From Octopus sinensis (lineage: Eukaryota), in contig NC_043003.1 of assembly GCF_006345805.1 (NCBI RefSeq), positions 103,850,001-103,914,000 of the forward strand: 64,000 nt of DNA. The letters are read 5' to 3'. The translations under genes and the position numbers were made by a program. The first letter of the stretch is position 1; each line of letters begins with the position of its first letter. Below the pieces are notes generated by a model. It saw only the letters and a list, made by a program, of their open reading frames with translations. It did no database searches and was not told the DNA's origin. This document shows positions 53,264 through 64,000 of this stretch, in pieces.

Positions 53264-55553
53264 TCCAGTGACGTGAGGACCAAAGAACTGAAGTATTTTA
53301 GATTGCAAGACTGTGTGAGAGAAAATTGTGATGTCATAGGAGGGAAATGTGTCCGCATGGATGATGGTGCCCTTGCTTTTGATGATTCAGAAAAGAAAGA
53401 GGCTTGGAGAAGCCATAATGAAAGACTGCTGAATGGGAAAAGGAAAGCCTGCCAAATGTTGACCCAATTCAGGGACCAGCAACCTGAATCGACAGCTCCC
53501 TGGTAGAGAAAGCAGTTAAAGGTATGAAGCCAGGGAAAGCCCCGGCCCATCAGGAATCACTGCTGAGATGCTTAAAACATCTGGTGGTGTGGGCTGTGGC
53601 CTAGTCACCTGTATTGTAAACCAGGTAGTTCATGATGGAGTCATACCCAGTGACTGGTGTAGCAACACCATAGTCAACTGCTACAAAGGTAAAGGTGATG
53701 CATTAGATAGAAATAACTACAGGGGTATCAAACTGCTGGATCAGGTGATGAAGGTCACAGAGAGGGTCATAGCCCAACTAATTAGAGTGTTTGCTTAGAT
53801 GAGATGCAGTTCGGTTTTGTGTCAAGTAGAAGCACTACTGATGCTATATTCCTGGTATGGCAACTGCAGGAGAAATACCTAGCCAAAGATAAACCCCTAT
53901 ATTTGGCTTTTGTGGACTTGGAGAAGCCTTTGACAGGGTCCTTATCTGGTGGGTGATGTGGAAACTGGGAATTGACGAATGGTTAATTAGGGCTGTACAG
54001 GCCCTATACAGAGATGCCGTTAGTAAGGTTAGGATTGGTAATAAGTATAGTGGAGAATTCCGGGTAGAAGTAGGGGTTCACCAAGGATTAACCCCCTCTT
54101 ATTCATCATAGTCCTCCAAGCAATAACAAAGGAGTTCAAGATACAGTACATGGGAGCTCCTCTATGCTGATGACCTGGTCTTTATAGCAGAATCACTACC
54201 AGAACTAGAGAAATTTCGGGTGTGGAAACAAGGTTTAGAATTGAAAGGCCTTAGAGTCAATGTTGTAAAGACCAAAGTTCTAGTAGGTAGGAAGACGAAC
54301 ACATCACACTGCCCCACCTCAGGTAGGTGTCCCTGCTTGACCTGTAGAAGAGGTGTAGGTAGAACCTTCATAAGATGTACCCAGTGTAGGCTATGGACAC
54401 ATAAGTGGTGCAGTAACATCAAAGGAAGATTAACTGGGAAGATAGCTTTTGTGTGTAGCAAATGCACAGGGGTAATAAACACCACAGATGCTCAAAACAG
54501 ATTCCATCACATGCCAGGGGAAGAAACTAGAAGTAGTTGATAGTTTCTGCTACCTAGGTGACCAAGTCTGTAGTTGGGGTGGTTACTTAGAGAGTGTTAC
54601 CACCAGAATAAAAATAGCCTGGGCAAAGTTCAGAAAGCTTCTACCCCTACTGGTGACAAAGGGCCTCTCTCTCTCAGTGAAAGGTAGGTTGTATGATGCA
54701 TGTGTGCGAACTACTATTCTTCACAGCAGTGAAACAAGGGCTGTGACTGCTGAAGACGTGTAGGCTCGAAAGAAATGAAGCTAGCATGATCCACTGGATA
54801 TGTAATGCCAGTGTACACACACAACAGAATGTAAGCACCCTGAGAGAAATGTTAGACATAAGAAGCATTGGATGTGGCATGCAAGAGAGACATTTGCATT
54901 GGTATAGTCATGTACTGTGGATGGACGAGGAGAGGTGTGTGAAGTGCCACTCCCAATCAGTGGAAGAAAGACATGGGATGAAGTGGTGAAGCATGACCTT
55001 CGAATGTTGGGCCTCGCAGAGGCAATGACAAAAGGCCGAGACCACAGGAAGTATGCTGTGACTGAGGAGACCCAGCAAATAATGGTGAGTTCACAGCTGT
55101 AACCTACACCAGCATCGCATAATCAGCTCACTCAAAAGTACTTTGGATCATAGGGTGACATGCCATGCTTGAGGAGACTTATTGAGTCAAGTACATAACA
55201 TCAAATCGAATGAAATTACAATCAAGTGGAAATTGTAGTGATTTTAATTATTAAAACGGCCAAACATGGCCATTGCCAGCGCCACCTCGACTGGCTTCCA
55301 TGCCGGTGGCACGTAAAAAGCACCAACCAATTGTAGCCATTGCCAGCCTCGCCTGGCCCCTGTGCCAGTGGCACGTAAAAAGCACCCACTACGCTCACGG
55401 AGTGGTTGGCGTTAGGAAGGGCATCCAGCTGTAGAAACACTGCCAGATCAGACTGGAGCCTGGTGCAGGCTCCTGGCTTCCCAGACCCCAGTCAAACCGT
55501 CCAACCCATGCTAGCATGGAAAGTGGACATTAAACGATGATGATGATGATGAT
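53264..55553 (+). pseudogene. 5'-truncated RTE (BovB-like) LINE: RT, C-terminus and 3'UTR with (GAT)n tail
   Basis: KPGKAPGPSGITAEMLK...YKGKGDALDRNNYRGIKLL, QFGF, AFVDLEK, GVHQG, LLYADDL, FCYLG, LHSSET. The 3'UTR at 55260-55553 is the dispersed CAT-tailed repeat. Confidence 0.95.
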
Positions 55554-55897
55554 TGATAATGATATAGATAATTTTAACATCTGTTCTTCCTTGTTGATAT
55601 AGACTAGACAGGTTTGCAGTGCAATATATTATCATAGCTTCTTTAAGACTCAGTATCCTGAGTTTCCTGCATTTTTACTGTTATCATATAAGTACCTTTA
55701 ACCCACTTATCCTCCATTTCCATCATGTCAGTTCCAACAAAAGCATTTTTCTTGCTGACATCTGGCAATATCTTTAATACCTGGTGATACTCATTTCATT
55801 TGTGCACTAGTCCTTCATTGAGGCAAATATAATATCCAGTTGATCATATTCAGCACTTTTCTCCTCCATCTCTGTACATCATCAATATATCAGACAT

Positions 55898-56392
55898 TTG
55901 CCATACAAGAGAATACCCTCCATCAGGCATTTGCCATATTCTGAATGCCTTACTTCCCTGGGCATGGATACATTGAAACTCCGACATCTGGCAGCTGACT
56001 TGGCAAACACCCATAAAATTATTAACCATCTCACAAACATCTCTGAGCACCTTTTCAAACTCCACCTGTCTAACACCCGTGGTCATGTTTACAAAGTCAG
56101 AAAACAGCACAGCTCCCATGACTTTAGGAAACATTTTTTCACGCTAAGAGTTGCTGAAGCATGGAACAAATTGCCGGCATCAGTTGTTAGTTGTCGGAGC
56201 ACTGCATCCTTCAAAACTTCCATGCTTCCTGAGATTCGCCAACACTACACCTGATTTTCCCCCCTCCATACACACGCAAGCATGTATCTGACTCATACAT
56301 TGTTCACTTCCCAGACATTTGTACATTACTGCATATACTTTATACGCACTTTTGACAAGTTGTGGTGCACCTGAGCACTGTATACAATAATT

Positions 56393-56426
<34 letters not shown>

Positions 56427-56427
56427 C
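55898..56427 (+). pseudogene. CR1-clade LINE 3' end
   Basis: LPYSECLTSLGMDTLKLRHL...NTRGHVYKVRK...RKHFFTLRVAEAWNKLP, with an (ATT)n tail. Confidence 0.88.
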
Positions 56428-58589
56428 ATATGATGTCTCACTATTGTCATAGCATCCCACATTTTACTTCATGTTGTGTATCTAGATTTTTTGCTATAAA
56501 TATTTGTCTGTTATATATTTTCAAGCTGTTCTTTAGTGTTATGATAATAGTTGAAAGATCAACTTAGGTATCATTTAGCCAAAATTGGCTCAGGCTATAT
56601 TTAACTTAATAGCACCACTTGATAGAATTTCTTAAGTCATTTTAATGTTAAGTTTTGTGATATCATAACTTATTCAAGTAAGAAGCTGTTGACTAAGATG
56701 TATCCAGGTATTGGTGGTTTATCTGGAATCCTTGAAGAAGTTTGTCCAGATATAGTTTGAAGGTTATGAGATCTTTTTCTTCCATGACTTTTTTTGGAGA
56801 TAATATTGACTGATATTTCTTCTTACAGAAGAAAAGTAATTGTATTGCAGCATGATTTGTATAGGGGGTATTTGGCACAAGATCCCAGCTTTGGATGAAT
56901 TGTAAACATGATGTTAAGGTCATTTGGGGGTAAGGCTGGTGATATATTCTTTACATTTATAAATTTGACATCAACTGAATTTGAACTCAGAATGTAAAGA
57001 GCCACAAGAAATACTGAGAGCAGTTTGTATGATGCTCAACAGATTCTCCCAAACCACACACTCATGAAAATTTGACACTGGCAGAATTTGAACTCAGAAC
57101 ATAAAGAACCAGAGCAAATAACGAGAGCAGTTTATATGATGCTCAGCCGATTTTGCCAAACTGCACCCTATATAGAAGACAAGTACTGATAATGCTCTAC
57201 TTCCCTTTACATTCCCACTCCCAGGATCTAACTACTGTTAGTCAAATAAAAAGAAATAGTTGCTGATGTGGCCCTATTGGGAACTGAACAATGATGAATC
57301 GAAGGACAAGTGGAGGTGGAATAGGTGAGTTATTAGATGACCTGCTCAGGAATCTACTGTGAAATTAGGACAAAAACAATGGAAACTGTATGTGTGTGTG
57401 TATATAATGTTAGTGTCTATGCACTTTTTGATGAAAGGTGTGCACTCATACAAAAATACTTTGTGGTGGGCCGATGAACCGTCAAGGGTATGTTTCTTTG
57501 GAATAGAATTGTCCTTTATCCACTTAACACAAAACCAGAAGTAATCTTGGAGATGATTATTCTTTCTTCAATTTAAAAAAAATTTTGTGCTTGAAATAAA
57601 TGGGAGATCTCTTTAAGAGTTATTCTGACAAATATTAATTGTTTTTTCTGCAGAAGATAGCCACCTTTCAGAATATATAAAATTGAAGATATTTCCACCA
57701 AAGAACGTGAATTACTCTTTGGCAATGTTCCTGCCTCCATCGGATGTCAGATGATAAGTTTCGCTTACAAAATACTTAATTTGAACATCAAACACAGCAA
57801 TATGGAAAATATTAAAACGGTGGTGTAAGTTACAGTATTGTATTATGTCCATGGCCTGCCAATAACATTTAACTTTAATTTGCCTTCTGCTGGCTACAGT
57901 TAACAGTAACAATCCTTTCTACTCTAGGCACGGGGCCTGAACTTTCGGTGGGAGTGGGTAAGTCAATTGCATCAACCCCAGTGCTTTATTGAGCCCGAAA
58001 GGATGAAAGACAGAGGAGAGGCTGCTAAACATTTTGCCTGGCATGCTAATGATTCTGCCAGCTCAGCACCTTAGCAGTAATAATGAAGTTAGGGCAACTC
58101 GCCAATGTAAAATGGGTACACTGTATAAATTATCTTGTAGCTATGAGCTAGCAGTAAAAGTTCATTCTCGGAGATAGTTCCTTGGAAAGTTTGTAGATGC
58201 TTAGTTAACAGAATATTGCTGTATCTATTTTCGTTATTTAAAAAAATTTCTGTAGTCCACACTCGTCTATCCGTCTCAGGGGAAATAACTCCAGTTATGC
58301 TATGAAAAAATTTAGAAGTTTCGATTTGCTTATCTATATAGTAACAGTAAATTCGAAGACATGAGATATTTGTGTATCTAATAGAGAGTGATTACCTTGG
58401 AATAGATTATCCTGATATTAGATTTAAGTTTTTAGAAATCCTTTCATGAATCCGTTTATTTGTACAACCTAGAAGTGTAGGTGCAATACGGAAGGAAAGG
58501 GACATCAGCCAAGAGAAATTGATGGCACTTGATGAGTTTGAATTTTCACACTTTATCAGTTCCATGTTAACTGTGACTGGGCAGATTAC

Positions 58590-59883
58590 GCTAGATCTAG
58601 CATAAAATATGCTAAACTGGTAATGATTCCTCTTTCCATGAAACTATTTCTAACCCTTTCATTACCGTATTTATTTTGAGATGCTCTGTGTTTCTTTCAA
58701 TTATTTTAAATATAACAAAGAATTTAGTAAAATAACTTAGTTATCATTCAGCTAGTGTTAGGAACATAAATTGTGACTAAGGTTTGGTGGAAGATTTTAG
58801 TTCTAAACTTATGAAAACAAGACATTTGTACTACAGAACCAGAGCCGGTTTCAGCCAGGATAAAGCATAACGCAAACCTGTCTAGTCTATATCAACAAGG
58901 AAGAACAGATGTTAAAATTATCTATATCATTATCAATCATCATCATCATCATCATCATCGTTTAATGTCCACTTTCCATGCTAGCATGGGTTGGACGGTT
59001 TGACTGGGGTCTGGGAAGCCAGGAGGCTGCACCAGGCTCCAGTCTGATCTGGCAGTGTTTCTACAGCTGGATGCCCTTCCTAACGCCAACCACTCCGTGA
59101 GCGTAGTGGGTGCTTTTTAAAGATAATATCTAGGACTACATTATCCAATTCTCATTTTCAAGCAAGTAGGAAGTGCTTTGGTTTTTGTTTTCAGCTATTC
59201 ATGTGACAACATAGAGGCTACGTTGTTGGTTTTGAGGAAAAGAAATTTCACAATATAATTTACATTCATAATATTTATAATATTGCAAGCTCTGATACCT
59301 CAACATTCAAGGTGGAATGTTTCTTTAAACCTTTTGAGACCATACTTGGTTTTATAATAAAAACTTTCTGTTCAAAGTGATCTAAATAAAAATTTTCTGT
59401 CAAAATTTCATAATTTAGGTTACTATCTAACACCAGTTGAATAATGACATTAATTTTACAAAACTCTTTGCTACTTTAAAAATTAATTGAAGCAAAGCCC
59501 GTTTATTTCAACAGAAATATGATAATGAAAGGATTGACTGAAAATTATACTTCTGTCCTGTTGCTTATAAATTTCAGTTTTGTGAATGTCTGCATTCACC
59601 CTTTCATTACCAACCTGGCTGAAACCGGCTCTGGTTCTGTAGTACAAATGTCTTGTTTTCATAAGTTTAGAACTAAAATCTTCCACCAAACCTTAGTCAC
59701 AATTTATGTTCCTAACACTAGCTGAATGATAACTAAGTTATTTTACTAAATTCTTTGTTATATTTAAAATAATTGAAAGAAACACGGAGCATCTCAAAAT
59801 AAATACGGTAATGAAAGGGTTAGAAATAGTTTCATGGAAAGAGGAATCATTACCAATTTAGCATATTTTATGCTAGATCTAGC
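58590..59883. repeat. 270-bp near-perfect inverted repeat (58590-58859 / 59614-59883), 754-bp spacer containing an RTE 3'-UTR repeat (58937-59118, -)
   Basis: Two mismatches found by eye. Each arm is a piggyBac-like MITE plus about 60 bp of non-MITE flank. Confidence 0.92.
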
Positions 59884-62824
59884 ATTTTTTTTCAGCATTT
59901 AGCAGAAAATTTTTGAATCTAGCATTTAGCAGGGAAAATAGCAGATTAAAATTTTATTTAGCATTTTATTTTGGTATTTTTCTCAGCTCATTATATTTCC
60001 ACAATAGTTAGCCTTTTTTCTTCTTTTTCCTCCTTTTCTACTTTTGTTAATGTATCTTATTTTAGGACTATCAGCTATTGTTGAATTTTTCTTTCACTTC
60101 CTTGAAACTTCAAATGAAAGTTTATCAAGTTATGAACTTTTCCAGCCCCTCCCCTCCACCTCTGCTTGGATACAGAATGGTGTTGGTGGGGGGAGAAGAT
60201 AACTCATGTCAGCACCTGAACTCACTACACAATAATGTAAATATGTTGCAAAGAATGAAAGCATGGAAATTCATCCTAACAATGCTTTATTCTGTAGTGA
60301 TGAGTTTTTACCATGACAGGTTGACTGATTTACTTTCAGTTTGTTTTAAAATAGGCCTGTGTTTTTTCATGCTTGTTTTGGATTTTATATCTTGTATAGA
60401 AGTACAGGGGTGGCAGGGGTCTCCCCCTTTATATTTCTACTTACTTTTTTTTTTCAAGTATTGTAGTTACATTTGTGGTTTTACCAATAGATATTAAATG
60501 TAAGATTGGAAGCAAAATCTGATGTTCCCAGGTTTATATCAGAACACAGTTTTAGGATTTCTGCAGATTTTACTTTTCCATTTGTAAGTTGGCCACTCTG
60601 CATCCTGAATCAGTATTCTTCACCTCAAGAATTTGTAAGCAGCAAACATAAGAATTGTTAACGGCAAATGACAGAATTGTTAACGGCAAACTGATAAGTT
60701 GTGCTTTCAATTTTATATTTTTTATTAATCATTCAATTTATTTTCTTGCTTCCCACTACATTATAATGAGCAAAGAAGAAACAAAGTTGCACCAACAAAA
60801 ATTCTGAAAGGAATGGCTTAAGATGCCAGCATTTACTAAGTGGTTGTGTGAAGTACCTAGTGACCAATCTAAAGCACATTGCAGATATTGTAGATGTAAT
60901 ATGTTGGCAAAATATTCTCTTTTAGTAAGCCACTGTGAAGCAAAGAAACATAAGGCATCAACTCCACAGCAAACGATACCTCTTACCAATTTTATCAAAA
61001 CCGAATATCATAAGACATCTATGCTTGAAGCAAATTTAGCAATGCTTATTTGTTGCCACTCATCATTTAATAGCTGTGATCACTTAATAAAGTTATGTAA
61101 GAATTATATGTTTGATAGTGATATTATGTCCAAAGTGAAGTTGCATCGTACAAAATGTGCAAATGTTGTGAGAAATGTTCTAGCTCCATATTTTGATGGA
61201 GATTTGATTTCTGATATAAGAGATAGAAAATTTAGCCTGTTATTAAATGAATCCAATGATATATCGATAACCAAGTTGTTAGGAATAGTTATATATTACA
61301 GTGACACTCACAAAAAAGTGGTACATACATATCTCAGTATGGTATCTTTAGAAACGTGATGCTGATGGCATTGTAGATGCCTTAAAAATTGAATTAGTGA
61401 AAAAGGAATTAGATATAAAAAATTTACTGGCTATAGGAACTGGCAATGCTAGAGTAATGATAGGAGTCAACAATGGTTTTCCCAGAAATTAAAAGAAGTT
61501 CCATCATTACTTCCATTTAGATGTGTATGGCATTCTTTACAGCTGGCAGTATCCCACATTTGTGCTGGATGCCAGCCCATAAATTTAGAATTTTTAGTAT
61601 CCAAAACCTATAAATGGTCCTCTCATTCTTCAACAAGACAAAGTGCCTACAAACAACTTGCTATCAATGATAAAGAGCCTTTGAAGATCGTGAATTCTTG
61701 TACAACTAGGTGGCTATCAATAGAACCAGTGGTAAATAGAATTTTAAGCCAATGGTTTGAATTGCAAACTCACTTCCAAACTACAACAGAAGAAAAATGT
61801 TTACAGCACAAATGTTTTGTGATTCCAGAATTGAACTTTACCTTTTATTTTTGCATCTAATTTTAAAACATGTTCAGGAAGTGAATAAACTGTTTGAATC
61901 AAACACTTTTGACAAAACAAATTACTTGAAAATCTTTCAAATTTGATCAAATCTGTTGCTAATATGATAGTGTTGCCAACATGTAGAATTCATCCTCTTG
62001 ATCCTGATGCTTCTATTGAAAAATTTCTGGATCCTAAACAAATTTAGGCTACAGGTTCAAGAGAAAGATAGCAGAAATGATTATCAAGAAGACTGTGACA
62101 GCCAATGAAGAAAATAATAATCGCAAAAGAGCACAACAATTTTTACTCTGCCTTTATAAAGAGCTCAAGCACCGTTTGCCAGAAAATATTAATATACTGA
62201 GGAATATCAAATGTTTTTCAGTAGAGAATATTTTGCAGCATTTCAAAGAGCCAATTTTACTTGTCTTAGGAGCAATGCATTTAAATGAAGAAAAAGTTGC
62301 TTCAATTGAAATTCAGTTTAATAGCATTCATTTAGTTAAATGGACAAATACGTCTAATACTGAGGCATTCTGGCTGTAAGTCTTGGAATATAAAGATGCT
62401 ACTGGAGGAAATCCTTTTAGAGATGTTGCAAATTTTGCCATTAATCTATTGACATTGCCAAACTCAAATGCAGAAGTTGAACAGTTGCTCAGTAGAATGG
62501 GTGTAATCAAATCAAAATTGAAAAACAAAATGCATCTTCCTATGCTGTCTATAAAATATGGCCTGAAAAGATATGGCAAATGTTGCAAAAACTTTGATGT
62601 TCCAAAACACATAATTGACAAGATTGGGACCTTGAATGTATACAGAAGTCAAGACCTAGGCACTGCAGCTGTGAAATTCAAGAAATTATTTCTCAATGCT
62701 GAATGTAATTAAAGAACGTAAATAAAAATTAAGCTTTTTGATATAATTAGTCTTTACCATTTTTCTGGTATTTTTTTTTTACTGAAATTTAGCATAAAAT
62801 TCTGATTTTAAGTTGGCAACACTG
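59845..62824 (+). mobile_element. hAT-superfamily DNA transposon, transposase pseudogene (about 60766-62712)
   Basis: BED-type finger (W...C..C...H....H), 'KFSLLLNESNDIS' (for DESTD), hAT dimerisation motif 'LLTLPNSNAEVEQLLSRMGVIKSKLKN'. Right terminus AGTTGGCAACACTG at 62811-62824. Left end degenerate (cattaccaatttagc). Stops and frameshifts. Confidence 0.88.
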
Positions 62825-63293
62825 GGTATCACTGAAATAGGTAAGTGCTGGGGTAATTTTATTGTAGCAATTTAGGGTCATGTAGTGATTGCATATTTCT
62901 GCTATGAAAATATACGAGACCTTTATGTCTCAGCTGGCAGGTGTTTTAAAGGTTCCTCTCTATGTAGACATGTCTAGTTTATGAATAGATGGCACCAGTT
63001 GAGGATGGGGTGAATGACTTTTAGGTAGGTGTGTGATCAAAAGTGAGAGTAAATAGATTATTAACGTGGAGAATGAATAGTGTAGAAGTCATTATTGAAA
63101 CATGGGATATCGATATTACCAAATTTAAAAGAATGTGATGTAATGGTTAGTTCTTCATTGCAGTCAAGGGTGACTGTAATCAATGGATGTGACGATTGTT
63201 CATTCAAAGGCGAAGGCTGCAAATCTTTAACTCAGGGGTCACCAATTTGAAATGGTTGATATTTGTTGGTTGCCAGTGTAACAGTTTGCATTA

Positions 63294-63562
63294 TCTCTAT
63301 ATATATAAATGGCAAAATGTCTGTGTGTGTGTCCTTTATACAAATCCACAATTTATCAGTTAGAGGGCTCGCACTTTCTATGGTCATTCAAAACCGTCCA
63401 AGGGTGGTCGTGCACATCTTTACATTTCCCCAGTCACCCCGCAAAGCCATGCAAAAATCAATAGAAGTGACTTTTTTGTTAATTTTTTTATCCAAATCCC
63501 AATCAAAATGCCCGAAACTTGATACGCCAATTGAATGCCAGCTAGCCAGGTCACAGTGCTAG
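63294..63562 (+). mobile_element. Probable non-autonomous Helitron
   Basis: A|TCTCTATATATATAAA start and CTAG|T end, between A and T. A second CTAG|T end is possible at 63707-63711. No clear subterminal hairpin confirmed. Confidence 0.55.
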
Positions 63563-64000
63563 TTATATATAGTGAAGTTAGCAGTTAGTGATTGTAATGA
63601 GTGCTGCTGTTGGAGATATGCAAGATGGGAGAAGAACAGTGATTGAAGTTGTAAAGAAATATTTATTTACTGTTACTTTGTATAATGCCATACCACGACG
63701 GGTCGGCTAGTGTAACAGTATAACATAGTTCATAAAGCATTCAAAGTAAAGAAGGTTATGTGTGTACACAATCTCATAGTAGTATATATTTATATAGAGA
63801 GAGATATGGTAATGTTGCAGAGTAAAGAAAGTGAGAGTGGTGGGATGAAACAACTGCTTCATTGGTGAGTTACCATAGTTGTCTCTTTGTGCCTTTTCCT
63901 TCAGATGTGTTTTGTTCAGCCAGTCAACGAGACTCGGTTCTCACTAACTGACTTCGGCTTACAGAGTTCTTGCTTTTATAACTATCCAAAACCAGCCAGA

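Noticed and set aside
52858-53550. ORFs of 137 and 134 aa
   Set aside because: Alternative frames over the RTE 5' truncation and its flank; no recognisable motif.
60766-62712. Possible domesticated ZBED-like host gene
   Set aside because: Multiple stops and frameshifts, a catalytic D changed to N, and a retained terminal repeat indicate a dead transposon.

Overview
Eukaryotic, AT-rich, repeat-dense animal DNA, most likely an octopus (coleoid cephalopod). That assignment is my inference from the SINE/LINE repertoire, the long compound microsatellites and a zinc-finger-only C2H2 gene. Two host genes are supported. (1) lin-7/LIN7 (L27 + PDZ) on +, with five coding exons at 5100-5141, 8240-8388, 9066-9275, 14167-14221 and 14486-14586; they splice in frame with GT-AG introns, and the start-codon exon was not found. 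(2) A single-coding-exon gene with 8 C2H2 zinc fingers at 48001-48720. The rest is mostly decayed mobile DNA: RTE, CR1 and L1/Tx1-like LINEs, more than 15 copies of an RTE 3'-UTR repeat, several tRNA-derived SINE types, mariner, DD37D, Tigger and hAT transposon relics, MITE/fold-back elements, a probable Helitron derivative, and micro/minisatellites. Most ORFs in the track are artefacts of these repeats. No prokaryotic-type system (CRISPR, operon) is present, and I cannot demonstrate a wholly new biological system. The best leads are structural: an RTE LINE with a precisely inverted 5' half, inverted-repeat and hairpin architecture in and behind the LIN7 pre-mRNA, head/tail shuffling among SINEs, and a near-perfect 270-bp inverted duplication that includes the end of a hAT element. 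All alignments and counts were done by eye, and repeat boundaries are approximate unless a TSD or TIR is given.
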